This document shows, one piece after another, positions 24,861 through 37,727 of a stretch of DNA of 46,342 nt. Under the pieces are notes generated by a model. The model searched no databases. It was given only the letters and a program-made list of their open reading frames with translations, and was not told where the DNA came from. The stretch spans positions 117,139,990 through 117,186,331 of the forward strand of contig NC_068984.1 of the NCBI RefSeq assembly GCF_001194135.2. Reading direction: 5' to 3'. Position numbers and translations under genes: made by a program. Every line of letters begins with the position of its first letter. Position 1 is the first letter of the stretch. Source of the DNA: Octopus bimaculoides (taxonomy: Eukaryota).

Positions 24861-25043
24861 TTGAAGTTCCATTTTTTCGCTATCTTTCTTTCTATTTTTC
24901 TTATCTTTTATTTTGAAGAAATCAGCGGTGTTCAGAGCTAGACTATAATAGGTTCCTTTAGGTCTAAACGCTCCTTATGGTTCGACGATACTTCTAACTC
25001 TACCATTAGTTGAGGACTTATATATATATATATATATATCGTA

Positions 25044-25170
25044 GCACTCCGTCGGTTACAACGACGAGGGTTCCAGTTGATCCGATGAATTTGAACTCAG
25101 AAGGTAACGGCAGACGAAATACCCCGAAGCATTTCGTCCGGCGTACTAACATTTCTGCCAGCTCACAGCC
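25044..25170 (-). mobile_element. Chimeric mini-SINE: family A head fused to family C tail
   Basis: 25087-25170 is the family A tRNA head to the B-box; 25044-25086 is the terminal 43 bp of family C. Confidence 0.75.
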
Positions 25171-26023
25171 TTCTATGAAACTCATATTGAACCGTCTTCT
25201 GAAGGGTTTAGATGCAACAATTTGCAGTCACTCTAAATTCCTGGATTAACGACTGAACATCAGTTATTTATCCAATAAAGCAATTTATCCAAATCACAGT
25301 GAAGTTAAGTAATTATGTTTATTTTTGGCATTAATAAACCCAAGCAAGGTCAGGACGGGGTGGGGGTAAGCCAGGGTGTATTAAATTGGAAGACAAATTT
25401 TGAATTTCAAATGGAAAACTTTAAACTTATTCTAAATAATTTGTTTTAGTTTCAAAGAGAAATCCCAATAAATATTTAATAAATAGAATTTGTAAAATTT
25501 ATTAAATTATATTTTATGACTTCTGTGGATGTAGGCTACATGCATTATACAGTTTTTATTACATTCTGCTGCACTATACAAATATGTACACACNNNNNNN
25601 NNNNNNNNNNNNNNNNNNNNNNNNNNNNNNNNNNNNNNNNNNNNNNNNNNNNNNNNNNNNNNNNNNNNNNNNNNNNNNNNNNNNNNNNNNNNNNNNNNNN
25701 NNNNNNNNNNNNNNNNNNNNNNNNNNNNNNNNNNNNNNNNNNNNNNNNNNNNNNNNNNNNNNNNNNNNNNNNNNNNNNNNNNNNNNNNNNNNNNNNNNNN
25801 NNNNNNNNNNNNNNNNNNNNNNNNNNNNNNNNNNNNNNNNNNNNNNNNNNNNNNNNNNNNNNNNNNNNNNNNNNNNNNNNNNNNNNNNNNNNNNNNNNNN
25901 NNNNNNNNNNNNNNNNNNNNNNNNNNNNNNNNNNNNNNNNNNNNNNNNNNNNNNNNNNNNNNNNNNNNNNNNNNNNNNNNNNNNNNNNNNNNNNNNNNNN
26001 NNNNNNNNNNNNNNNNNNNNNNN

Positions 26024-26066
<43 letters not shown>

Positions 26067-26764
26067 GTTTATGTGCACGTGCATGTATATACACCTAAAT
26101 GTGTGGATCTCGGTTAATCAATCCTAACGGCGAATAGTATTCAATTTCACCTAATTAATAAGTAATAAATACAAGATGCGACAGAACCCTTTTTTATTAT
26201 CTCTCTGATGATGACACGCCCACCAAGGAGGCAGGCGTTTTCAAAAGCATGATATCTCTCTTGTTTTATTTATTATTCATCCTTTTTCTTTTTTGTTTTG
26301 GTATGATCTTTTACCTGGTTATCATGATGTACCTGCTTAACCCTATATTCTACTGTCCTCTCACTCGTTCTATATGTCATTATCTCTCTCTCTCGCTCTC
26401 TCACACACACACTCATTCTACCTCTCTCTCTCTCTCACTCTTGGTAACAGAATGAATCTTAAGTATAAAATAAATAAATAAGCTTCGTCTACTGCCTGTT
26501 GTTTGTGCATTCAAACATGCCTAAATGTGTGTGTACACATATAAATGTACACTCATATGACTATATATAAGTGTGCATGTGTGTTTGTATATATATATTT
26601 ATTTATTTATTTATTTATATAGACATATATGTATATGCATGTAAGTGTGTGTGGTGTGCATGTGTGTGTATATGTGTATGTGTGTGTGCGTGCGTGTGTG
26701 TGTGCATGTGTGTGTAAATGTGTGTATTATGTGTGTGTGTGTGTGTGTGTGTGTGTTTGTGTGT

Positions 26765-26804
<40 letters not shown>

Positions 26805-27416
26805 AAAGCAATGTTAGGCGGAATATTTGCGTTTCATTATATTTGATATTAAAAAATAAACACCATGAACAAGTCTTATCCAAAGAAAAGTTTTACTTGG
26901 AAAAATGGTATATTGNNNNNNNNNNNNNNNNNNNNNNNNNNNNNNNNNNNNNNNNNNNNNNNNNNNNNNNNNNNNNNNNNNNNNNNNNNNNNNNNNNNNN
27001 NNNNNNNNNNNNNNNNNNNNNNNNNNNNNNNNNNNNNNNNNNNNNNNNNNNNNNNNNNNNNNNNNNNNNNNNNNNNNNNNNNNNNNNNNNNNNNNNNNNN
27101 NNNNNNNNNNNNNNNNNNNNNNNNNNNNNNNNNNNNNNNNNNNNNNNNNNNNNNNNNNNNNNNNNNNNNNNNNNNNNNNNNNNNNNNNNNNNNNNNNNNN
27201 NNNNNNNNNNNNNNNNNNNNNNNNNNNNNNNNNNNNNNNNNNNNNNNNNNNNNNNNNNNNNNNNNNNNNNNNNNNNNNNNNNNNNNNNNNNNNNNNNNNN
27301 NNNNNNNNNNNNNNNNNNNNNNNNNNNNNNNNNNNNNNNNNNNNNNNNNNNNNNNNNNNNNNNNNNNNNNNNNNNNNNNNNNACACACACACACATATAA
27401 TATTATATATATATAT

Positions 27417-27487
<71 letters not shown>

Positions 27488-27489
27488 TA

Positions 27490-27708
27490 CGTACATATAT
27501 TGTCCTTTACTCTGTTAGCTTCAAACGATGAAAGTATAATTGTTTTTGAAATCGATAGTTTTGAATTCTTTGTCATGTATATCATTTTGTTGTATACGTT
27601 TATATTCCCGTGTACTTCGCGTTTACCCTTGTGCTACTTCAAGCCCTCTAACTCAGAATCAGTATCCCCGCCCGTTGTCATTGTCCCGTCATCAATATAC
27701 CATTTTTC

Positions 27709-27743
<35 letters not shown>

Positions 27744-28221
27744 TATATGGACAGAGAACGTCACCAACCGTGTAAACATCATGAAGTACAAAATCAAACA
27801 AACGAGTTAAATAGGCAAACAACGTGAGAAAAATGGAAAACAGAACAAGTAACACAAGGAACGACCCTTCATCAGTTGTCGGCTGTCTGTCTACTCCTCA
27901 TTTCGAGCATTCAACGACAATATAAGTCTTCGAAGAGCGTTGCTCCTATAAATTCCAAAATACAATTTTGGATTTATGGGGATTCAAAGTTATGAACAAA
28001 AACAGGACAGTGGAGGCATACAAGGAAACAGAACGAAAACAAATATGGAGGGTCATTAGACCAGAACGAGAGGAAAATAGTGAACGGTGGGAGAAATATT
28101 TTCTTTGAAAAGAGAAAAGAGAGAAGAGAGAGATAAAAGACGTCCGGTCCTTAGAACGTCGTGCAGGAAAACAAAGATGGTCACGTGAGGAAAAGATGTA
28201 CGATGGTCACGTGTGAGCAAC

Positions 28222-28230
<9 letters not shown>
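27490..28230 (-). mobile_element. Decayed Penelope-type repeat
   Basis: The - strand has gctcGAAAtgagg...gacaaCTGATGAaggg at about 27865-27910; tandem atggtcacgtg at 28177 and 28204. Confidence 0.35.
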
Positions 28231-28280
<50 letters not shown>

Positions 28281-28705
28281 TGATAGAGAATTTATGTGGG
28301 ATATATATATAGGCGTTTAATGCCACACATACATACAGCAATGTCGTAAAGGGCACATACAGACATACATACATAGATATTTACTTTAAGATCTTAGGAG
28401 GATAGCTTTTTTACAATTTTACCTTTATTTTTTATATTTTAATTTCTGTGTTTCGTTTTCTGGTTTTCGTTTCCCGTTGTGTTGTTTACTGTCTGCATTT
28501 TCTATATGGTGACTTCTCAATTTTTTTTTGAGTATTATACTTCGTTATGATAAGTGGTCTGCGCCTGAAGAATATGTTTGAGTTTTTTCAACATATGAAA
28601 CTATTAGTCTTAATACATGTATTGTCACCTTCAAATATATGATATTTATCTCTCTCCAGATAGTGTACTTTTTTTGCTGAATTTTCTATCACGGATCGGT
28701 ACATT

Positions 28706-28797
<92 letters not shown>

Positions 28798-28935
28798 GTG
28801 TGTGTGTGTTTATTTCATAATTATATGAGCATATAAGCATATATCAATACATACGCACGCACACACATGTAAGCATATATCAGTGCTTGCATAAATATAC
28901 ATGCATGCATGTGTGTGAGCGTGTGTGTGTGTGTA

Positions 28936-28978
<43 letters not shown>

Positions 28979-29534
28979 TTAATACATACGTACATATATA
29001 TATATATATATTTATACATGCTTATTTTCATATTTTGAAATATGCACGCTTACATATGCTTATACAGATACATGATTATGTGTGTGTGCGTATATGTATG
29101 CGTGTGTGTGAGCGTGTGTGTGAGCGTGTGTGTGCGTGCATGTGTGTATATATCTGTGTGTGTGTGTGTATGTGTGTGTGTATGTGTGTATGTGTGTGTG
29201 TATGTGTGTGTATATGTGTGTGTGTGTGCATGTGTGTGTGTGTGTGTGTGTGCATACGATTGTATTTAAAGATATTTGAACGCGATTGATTATATCTAAT
29301 TATACAAGCATGTATCAATGACTGAAAATCCATTATTTCATATTCTACTAGGAATACTATAATCACGACCTTCACCACCTCCATCACCCCTCGCCTCACC
29401 CTCACCCCACCAACGCTTCCTACTCGTATACTATTATTTACATGCGGCCTTGGCTTCTCTAGCACACCTATTTCTGATGCATGCAGAGGTGTAACGCAGA
29501 GATAAATGCAAAATTACATATGCATTATTGATGA

Positions 29535-29576
<42 letters not shown>

Positions 29577-30075
29577 TTATTTAAAAGAGTTCCAACTCTG
29601 TCTGTTTTTTTATGTTTTATTTATATTCTTGTAAAATTAATGTGGGATATAGAATATGGAATATATAATATATAATATACAAATGGATGGTACAATGAAA
29701 TGAAGTATTGAATGTCTTATTGAATATATGGAATATGTCTTATTGAATATATGAAATATTGAGTGTTCAATATAAAGGATTAAATATATAAAGGCGAATA
29801 CGTATTTTCAATACCTTGTGGTATTTCATCATGGCCGGTATCCGACAGACTGTAACAGACTGTCTGTTACAGAAAATCCTATCTAGGAAAATAATATTAA
29901 AAGGAAGCCTTTATAATTACTATCCTTTAGACCAGTAATGGCTGCATTTTATACCACCTACTCCCTCGAAGATATCAAAGGTATCGGTTTGACCAAACTA
30001 ACTACTACTATTACTACTACCATTACCATCACCCACCACTAACACTACCACAAATGCTACTACTACTAATAGTAA

Positions 30076-30281
30076 TGGTTTCAAATTTCGGCCCAAAGTC
30101 AGCAGTTTCGAAAGAGGGGGTAAGTTGATTACATCAACGCAATGATCAACTTTTTTTATTGACCCCGTCAGGATGAAAAGCAAAGTCAACTTTGGCAGAA
30201 TTTGAGCTCAGACCGTAGAGACGGATGAAATGCCGCTAAGCATTTTGCCCAGCATGCAAACGATTCTGCCAGCTCGTCGCC
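30076..30281 (-). mobile_element. Family A SINE
   Basis: Full reverse match; head abuts (AAT)n. Confidence 0.9.
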
Positions 30282-30301
30282 TTAATAATAATAACAATAA
30301 C

Positions 30302-30369
<68 letters not shown>

Positions 30370-30401
30370 TAATAATGATGATAATAATAATAATAATAAT
30401 A

Positions 30402-30615
30402 ATCCTTTTTATTATAGACACAAGGCTTGAAATTTTGGACGAGGAAATTAGTCAGTTACATCAACCCCAATGTTTCACTGGTACTTAATTTATCGATCCT
30501 GAAAGGATAAAAGGCAAAGTCGACCTCGGCAGAATTTGAATCCGGAACATAAAGACAGATGAAATAACCGCTTAGCATTCTGACCGGCGTGCTAACGATT
30601 CTGCCAAGCTCGCCT
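30402..30615 (-). mobile_element. Family A SINE
   Basis: Full reverse match, flanked by (AAT)n. Confidence 0.9.
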
Positions 30616-30624
30616 AATAATAAT

Positions 30625-30812
30625 AATGGTTTCAAATTTTGACACAAGGCCAGGAAGTTCGGGTGAAGGGACTAATCGATTATACTGACCCCTGTGCTTG
30701 ACTGGTAACTTATTTTATCGATCCCGAAAGGATGAAAGATAAAGTTCTCCTCAGTGGAAATTGAACTCAGAACGTAAAGCCAGAAGTGTGCTAACGATTC
30801 GGCCAGTTTTCG
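30625..30812 (-). mobile_element. Family A SINE with internal deletion
   Basis: Reverse match with a shortened head. Confidence 0.8.
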
Positions 30813-30853
30813 AATACGACTATTACTTTGGTGCTACTACTACTACTACTACT

Positions 30854-30932
30854 GGCTAAATCGTTAGCACACCGGACAAAATGGTTAACATCATTTCTTC
30901 TGGCTTTACGTCCTGAGTTCAAATTCCGCCAA
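30854..30932 (+). mobile_element. Family A SINE head, partial
   Basis: ggctaaatcgttagcacaccggacaaaatg...ctgagttcaaattccgccaag. Confidence 0.7.
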
Positions 30933-31774
30933 GTAGTAGTAGGAGGAGGAGGAGGAGGGGCAGCAGCAGTAGAGAGAGTGTCGTGTTCCCTACCACTGTC
31001 TCGTTCTGTTAGAATTTTTCCTCATATCATACGAAGGCTGCCACTGCAGCCTTTCTCTCAGCACCTTCGAAAAGAATGAGTAGGAGTTACTTGCCCTGTC
31101 TGATAACATCCACAAAGACGTCAGTCAGCTGCTGCTTTGTTAGTGGATCCGTGCGTAGAGCTGATAATCAATTGTTGTTGCTGGATCGATAAATAATGCT
31201 GAGCTAAAGTGTGTGGTGCAACACTTTGTTAGCTTTATCTAAACGATCCGGAACAACGATTCGTGTGTAGGTCTTGTAGTTTCCATAATGTAGATTATAT
31301 TGTGTGCTGGTCTCGATTTGATATGCACAGGCTATGATAAACGGGATATTTTTATGGAAGGGCTTCAAATTTAGCTACAGAAGATAGCAGAAATACAGGA
31401 TTGACTGAAGATGTGAATATAGAAATTCCCCGAGCGGTATGGTTGGTTGAAGAGTCTGCAAATCGATGTTGCTTTACGCTGATGAGTAAATTTATCTGTC
31501 AAAACAAACAAACTTCGGTATCATTCTTTGGTGATATGAATGTCATGAGGACTTGTACGTCTGTCCATAGAGACATCAACCGATTACATATTGCAAAGAG
31601 TGACATTAGAGCTGACCACCTAACCATATTGTGCTACGAATGTTACCATAATACAGGTGATAACGTGGTTAGTGGCATCTTTTATTGTAACCCAGGTATT
31701 CCTTCGTTCCTAGTACTGTGATATGAAAAGTATTAGGAAATTAGAATATTTTCCCTTCTCAGGCATATTCTCTA

Positions 31775-32309
31775 CTGCCTGGTATTAATGCAGCACCAGG
31801 CACTGGCTGTCATGGTTTCTGATCTTAACTGATTGGAAGTGTTATCATCTATATGTTTTGTCTTGGTATAAAAGGTGGTCTACAGCAAATATTCTGCTCA
31901 ATACCATAGATTTGCTTGTCAGTTGTTTGACCGTAACAAGTTGAGCATGTCCCTTTGTGGATGACGGTATGCCTATCTCTGGCCACGAGCAGAAGTAGTA
32001 GGGGAGCATCATAGCTATGTGCTGAGAGGAATTCTTTGGGGATTCAATAACTCACCTCTGGAAATATGGGTGTTTCGTTCAACATCCTTAAGCATATTCA
32101 GGGACCTTTTGAGCGGAATGGGTTACGCGACCTGAAGAAAATTCTAACTGGGACCCACCTGCAAGGTCATGCGCCGTTTATCTTGATCTGAAATCACTAT
32201 GTCCCACACATATGGTTGTGATGCATGTGCCTGATGTACCCTTGTCAGACAGGCAGTCATGATGGGTATACTGGGCTTCGTATACTTGTACCCCAGTGTT
32301 CTCTCACTC

Positions 32310-32311
<2 letters not shown>
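31775..32311 (+). mobile_element. Dispersed repeat ending in (AAT)n; probable Dong/R4-type 3' UTR or dependent element
   Basis: About 370 bp collinear with 38570-38947; ends ctctcactc-(aat)n. Confidence 0.6.
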
Positions 32312-32368
<57 letters not shown>

Positions 32369-32489
32369 ATAAATATACATAATAGCAAACACCTTTTACT
32401 GTCATCTTCACGTCACACTACCATCATATAATCAAATTTTAAAACAAACTTCTAATTTATTTACGTTTTGGCAGACATGCTCAAGAACA

Positions 32490-32605
32490 ATACTCTGTGC
32501 AAAACCAAAAATATGGCACTCTTGTCAGAACACCTGCTTGTACTTCTAACTCTTCAGATGTCTGAGTGAGACTTGGAGTCTCACTCAGCAAAAACCAAAC
32601 ATATA
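32490..32605 (+). mobile_element. Dong/R4-type 3' UTR fragment
   Basis: cttctaact...tctgagtgagacttgga resembles the 33225-33270 tail; followed by (AAT)n. Confidence 0.55.
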
Positions 32606-32620
32606 ATAATAATAATGATG

Positions 32621-32689
<69 letters not shown>

Positions 32690-32692
<3 letters not shown>

Positions 32693-32835
32693 GTTTCTAT
32701 TTTAGGCACAGGGCCTGAAATTTTGGAGGAGGAGCTAGTCGATTATATCGACCCCAGTACGTAACAGGTACTTAATTTATTGACCCCGAAAGGATTAAAA
32801 GCCAAAGTCGACCGCGGCGGAATTTGAACTCAGAA
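32690..32835 (-). mobile_element. Family A SINE, 5'-truncated
   Basis: Tail through B-box reverse match. Confidence 0.85.
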
Positions 32836-32840
32836 ATATA

Positions 32841-32937
<97 letters not shown>

Positions 32938-32954
32938 TGATAATAATAAATAAT

Positions 32955-33308
32955 AAGACGAAAACAATACCTATTGTCATAGGTGCCCTGGGAATGACAG
33001 CGAAACGGGCTGATTACTACCTAGCTCAGATACGAGGAAACCCCAAAATGGCTGAAGTTCAAAAGATAGTGCTCATGGGAACTGCCCATATCCTACGTAA
33101 AATACTGTCTATGTGATCTCAAATTTTAAAGCAAACACATAATTTTCTTATGGTTTCTTAAACATTCACTTGAACAAAACTGTACAAATCTAAATATATG
33201 GTACCCTAGGCATAACACCTACATGAACTTCTAACTTGTTGTCTCTTGAGGTCTCTGGGTGAGACTTGGATCCAACTTGTACAAATGCAAAACAAAAGTC
33301 AAACATAA

Positions 33309-33310
<2 letters not shown>
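32955..33310 (+). mobile_element. Dong/R4 LINE 3' end (subfamily 1)
   Basis: KTKTIPIVIGALGMTAKRADYYLAQIRGNPKMAEVQKIVLMGTAHILRKILSM*, then 3' UTR with gaggtctctgggtgagacttgga and (AAT)n on both sides. Confidence 0.85.
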
Positions 33311-33337
<27 letters not shown>

Positions 33338-33339
<2 letters not shown>

Positions 33340-33665
33340 CAGAAGCTATACCTGGACCCTCAATACTACACACTGTCCAAAACATAGCCCAGCTAGGAAC
33401 AGCCCACATCCTACGCAAGACACTATCAATTCAATAATACAACCCAAATAAAACAATCCACAAACACAAAGCACACTGTATACCGTGAATTTCCAATAAA
33501 ATAGACAACGACAGCATGTACTTGACAGGCCGGGTACCAAACAAAAGAACACAAATCGCAACATCAAAAAAGAACATATAATGCTGCACACATCCCAACA
33601 ACACGGAGATGTAGCAAGTGATGCAGTAGAAATCTGGGTTAAATGATCAAATGTGGAATAATTTA
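33338..33665 (+). mobile_element. Dong/R4 LINE 3' end (subfamily 2)
   Basis: IPGPSILHTVQNIAQLGTAHILRKTLSIQ* followed by a different 3' UTR. Confidence 0.75.
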
Positions 33666-33879
33666 ATACTCCTCAGCTTAGCATTAAGGAAGGTAAAGGC
33701 AGGGTATCAGTTCAGAAATAATAAAAGTGGGTGGTAATCATAGTACATGAAGTGGAAATGTGAGAAAGATAAGAGATGTAGAGACAGTTTGGTTTGTTGT
33801 GGTAGAGTGTGTGAGAAATGTTCTTGTTAAGTGTGGGTGGGACACACAGTGCTTTTAGAATTCAGTTTTGTTAATATAG

Positions 33880-34080
33880 GCGGGTCTTCTCAAGAACTTC
33901 ATATCGCCAGACATCTATCTTGTTTCATTGTCATTTCCTCTGTGAGGTCCAACTTTCTGAGATCAGTCCTTACCACTTCATCCCATGTCTTCCTGGGTCT
34001 CCCTCTTCCACGGATACCATCCACTTTAAGTGATCGGCACTTCTTTATGCAATTGTCCTCATACATATGCATCACATGTA
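33880..34080 (-). pseudogene. RTE-type LINE ORF C-terminus
   Basis: HVMHMYEDNCIKKCRSLKVDGIRGRGRPRKTWDEVVRTDLRKLDLTEEMT. Confidence 0.8.
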
Positions 34081-34081
34081 C

Positions 34082-34252
34082 ATTTGCTCCTCTACATGGA
34101 TGATCTGACGCTTTTTAGTGAGAATAAAAATGAGAGCTAGATTCCTTAATACAAACTGTAAGACTCTTGATCAACGATATAAATATGGAACTTGGCATAG
34201 ATAAGTGTGCAATATTAGTCATGAAAAAGGGACAAGTAGTCAACAGTGAAGG
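34082..34252 (+). pseudogene. Dong/R4-like RT catalytic fragment
   Basis: HLLLYMDDLTLFSENKNE / LDSLIQTVRLLINDINMELGIDKCAILVMKKGQVVNSEG; ends in (AAT/AAC)n. Confidence 0.8.
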
Positions 34253-34262
34253 TAATAATAAT

Positions 34263-34372
<110 letters not shown>

Positions 34373-34374
34373 CA

Positions 34375-34520
34375 TCGATAAATACCTTAGGAATGAGAAC
34401 CCAGGTTCGAAATTTCCCCAAGACATCTGATGAAGGCTGGAGGGTATATCAGTCGAAACGTTGTATTAGTAACAAACAAGATGAGGACAAATATCCGTCA
34501 AATGTAAATAATGTAAACTA
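34375..34520 (+). mobile_element. Hammerhead-bearing short repeat H1, copy 1
   Basis: Collinear with the reverse complement of 37615-37727. Confidence 0.75.
34422..34467 (+). ncRNA. Minimal type I hammerhead ribozyme-like motif
   Basis: gacat CTGATGA a GGCTG gagggtatat CAGTC GAAACGT T gtatt; intact core, weakened stem I. Confidence 0.65.
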
Positions 34521-34819
34521 AAAATTGTCGAGGAAAGATTAATTTTGTTATTGTTACTGAATATGCTAATGTTATTTAATTTCTGTGCGGTTTTGCTGCC
34601 GTTTGTTTATGTAGTTTGATCTCTTTATCTACCAGTTTCTACTAAGATAGAGATGCGAGTAAAATTAATAATAGAGAAACAAAAATAATACTTTGGAAAC
34701 AGCAGCGCCGCCATAACTTACGTGGAACCCATGAGCGTGCTTTCAAAGGAGATAATCAGAGAAAGACTTGAAAGTGAACGTAAGATCGTAATACTTCATG
34801 TAAAGTAAATATAACAAAT

Positions 34820-35010
34820 AATTCAGAATCCTTGCCCGGTACTGGATCGATCCCAAAATCTCATCAGTTCGTGCCAGTCACGGGGCCAAAAGTCCCTGAA
34901 AGTTTCATCTAAATACATTCACCGGTTCTTGAGATATATTGTCCTAGTCAAACAAGCAAACAAACACTACTAAAAACAATCCCTTAACCTTTTCAAAGAC
35001 GGAGGTAATA
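34820..35010 (+). mobile_element. Helentron/HINE-like 3' fragment
   Basis: aaagtttcatctaaatacattcaccggttcttgagatat...aaacaa(g)caaacaaac and terminal hairpin aacct...ggaggtaata. Confidence 0.5.
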
Positions 35011-35224
35011 ATCCTTTCTACTAAAAGCATAAGGCCTGAAATTTTGTGGGAGGGGACTAGTCAATTACATCGACCCCAGTGTTTCGATGGTACTTAATTT
35101 ATCGACCCGAAAAAGAGAAAAGGCAAAGTCGACTCCGGCGGAATTTGAACTCAGAACGGAGCGACGGGCGAAATACCGCTAAGCATTTCGCCCAGCATGC
35201 TAACAAATTTGCCAGCTCACCACC
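35010..35224 (-). mobile_element. Family A SINE
   Basis: Full reverse match. Confidence 0.9.
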
Positions 35225-35249
35225 TTAATAATAATAATAACAATAAAAA

Positions 35250-35280
<31 letters not shown>

Positions 35281-35337
35281 AAGAAGAAGAAGAAGAAGAA
35301 GAAGAAGAAGAAGAAGAAGAAGAAGAAGAAGAAGAAT

Positions 35338-35540
35338 AGTTTTACAAGGCCAGCAATTTCGGGGTGGAGGTAAATTGTTCACATCGACCCCAGTGCCTAA
35401 CTGGTACTTATTTTATCGAGCCAGAAAGGGATGAAAGGCAAAGTCGACCTCGGTGGAATTTGAACTCAGAATGTAAAGACGGACGAAATGCCGCTAAGCA
35501 TCTTGCCCGGCGTGCTAACGATTCTGCCAGCTCACCACCT
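35338..35540 (-). mobile_element. Family A SINE
   Basis: Full reverse match; separated from the previous copy by (AAT)/(AAG)n. Confidence 0.9.
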
Positions 35541-36140
35541 TAATAATGATAATAATAACTATAATAATAATAATAATAATTAGCGGGATGGGCTACNNNN
35601 NNNNNNNNNNNNNNNNNNNNNNNNNNNNNNNNNNNNNNNNNNNNNNNNNNNNNNNNNNNNNNNNNNNNNNNNNNNNNNNNNNNNNNNNNNNNNNNNNNNN
35701 NNNNNNNNNNNNNNNNNNNNNNNNNNNNNNNNNNNNNNNNNNNNNNNNNNNNNNNNNNNNNNNNNNNNNNNNNNNNNNNNNNNNNNNNNNNNNNNNNNNN
35801 NNNNNNNNNNNNNNNNNNNNNNNNNNNNNNNNNNNNNNNNNNNNNNNNNNNNNNNNNNNNNNNNNNNNNNNNNNNNNNNNNNNNNNNNNNNNNNNNNNNN
35901 NNNNNNNNNNNNNNNNNNNNNNNNNNNNNNNNNNNNNNNNNNNNNNNNNNNNNNNNNNNNNNNNNNNNNNNNNNNNNNNNNNNNNNNNNNNNNNNNNNNN
36001 NNNNNNNNNNNNNNNNNNNNNNNNNNNNNNNNNNNNNNNNNNNNNNNNNNNNNNNNNNNNNNNNNNNNNNNNNNNNNNNNNNNNNNNNNNNNNNNNNNNN
36101 NNNNNNNNNNNNNNNNNNNNNNNNNNNNNNNNNNNNNNNN

Positions 36141-36373
36141 GGTGCCTTAGGTATAATAAAAAAAATATTCAGACAAATACATAACAAAAATAGCAGGACT
36201 TACAAATATATATAACATACAGAAAATTGCCCTACTGGGTACTGCACACATTCTACGCAAAACACTTTCAATACAGTAAACATAAGAGCACCACAGCAAA
36301 CCACAGCACATACCCAAGGCGCACAGAGCTGCGCTCGGTAGTGAAGTGAAAGCACGTTATAAAAATAAAACTA

Positions 36374-36378
<5 letters not shown>
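36141..36378 (+). mobile_element. Dong/R4 LINE 3' end (subfamily 3)
   Basis: ALGIIKK / YSDKYITKIAGLTNIYNIQKIALLGTAHILRKTLSIQ*, then 3' UTR ending ctactg-(aat)n. Confidence 0.85.
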
Positions 36379-36453
<75 letters not shown>

Positions 36454-36458
36454 TAATA

Positions 36459-36800
36459 AAGACTGGCCATACTACTGAAGCAAGACCAGGTACAATTATA
36501 GAGGACAAAATAAACAAAGTAAGATCATAGACTTTGCAATGCCGTATCATAATGGAGTCGATACCAAAGAAATAGAAAAGAATTGGGAAATATCAGGATC
36601 TATCCAGAGAACTGAAGAGACTGGAAGACTAAAGCAATAATTATCCTGTGGTAATTAGTGTTCTTGACACAACCCAGAAAATGCTATTTAAAAGACTCAA
36701 AGATATTGGAACTGAAACCTGCATTGTCGAACTGCAGAAAAATAGCATTCTGTATTCTGTAAAAATCCCAAGAAAGATTATTAAGATTTTAGGGGACATG
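36459..36800 (+). pseudogene. Dong/R4 RLE domain remnant (subfamily 4)
   Basis: TGHTTEARPGTIIEDKINK / IIDFAMPYHNGVDTKEIEK / KYQDLSRELKRL / PVVISVLDTTQKMLFKRLKDIGTETCIVELQKNSILYSVKIPRKI. Confidence 0.75.
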
Positions 36801-36939
36801 TTGCCACCAAACTTCCGCGTTAACATTCCTATTAATTAAATTAGCACGTAATAGCTTAGGAATTACTGCAACAACAAGAACTACCACATCCACTTCATCA
36901 TTGCCATCATCGTCAATAACAACAACAACAATGATAATG

Positions 36940-37150
36940 ATTGCAAATTTTGGCACAAGGCCAGCAATTTCGGGGCAGGGGGGTAAGTCGATGATATCGA
37001 CCCCCAGTGCTAAACTGAAACATATTTTGTCCACTCTAAAAGGATGAAAGGCAAAATCGACCCTGGCAGCATTTGAACTCAAAACCTAAAGACAGACGAA
37101 ACGCCGCAAAACACTTTGTCCGACGTGCTAACGATTCTGCCAGATCACCA
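36940..37150 (-). mobile_element. Family A SINE
   Basis: Full reverse match. Confidence 0.85.
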
Positions 37151-37156
37151 CAAAAA

Positions 37157-37269
<113 letters not shown>

Positions 37270-37274
37270 CAACA

Positions 37275-37486
37275 ATTCTTTCTGCTATAGACACAAGGTC
37301 TGAAGTTTTCGGGGAGGGGACTAGTCGATTACATCAACTCCAGTGTTTCACTGGTACTTAATTTACCGACCCCGAAAAGATGAATGACAAAGTCGACCTC
37401 GGTGGAATTTGAACTCAGAACATAGCGACGGGCGAAATACCGCTAAGCATTTCGCCCTGCGAGCTAACGATTCTGCCAGCCCGCCG
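37275..37486 (-). mobile_element. Family A SINE
   Basis: Full reverse match. Confidence 0.9.
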
Positions 37487-37504
37487 AATAACAACAACAT
37501 CATC

Positions 37505-37537
<33 letters not shown>

Positions 37538-37572
37538 AATAATAATAATAATAATAATATTAATAATAATAA

Positions 37573-37727
37573 TACAGTTCTATATTTGAGAGATGAGGAA
37601 TTATGTACATTATTTACATTATTTACATTTGACGGATATTTGTCCTCATCTTGTTTGTTGTTAACACAACGTTTCAGCTGATATTCCCTCCAGCCTTCAT
37701 CATGTGTCTTGGGGAAATTTCGAACCT
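37573..37727 (-). mobile_element. Hammerhead-bearing short repeat H1, copy 2
   Basis: The - strand reads ggttcgaaatttccccaagacacATGATGAaggctggagggaatatcagctGAAACGTTgtgttaacaacaaacaagatgagg... Confidence 0.75.
37663..37710 (-). ncRNA. Minimal hammerhead-like motif with a C3A lesion
   Basis: Stem I gacac/gtgtt intact, stem II GGCTG/CAGCT, core ATGATGA. Confidence 0.55.

Noticed and set aside
31479-31510. CTGATGAG motif
   Set aside because: No GAAA and no supporting stems
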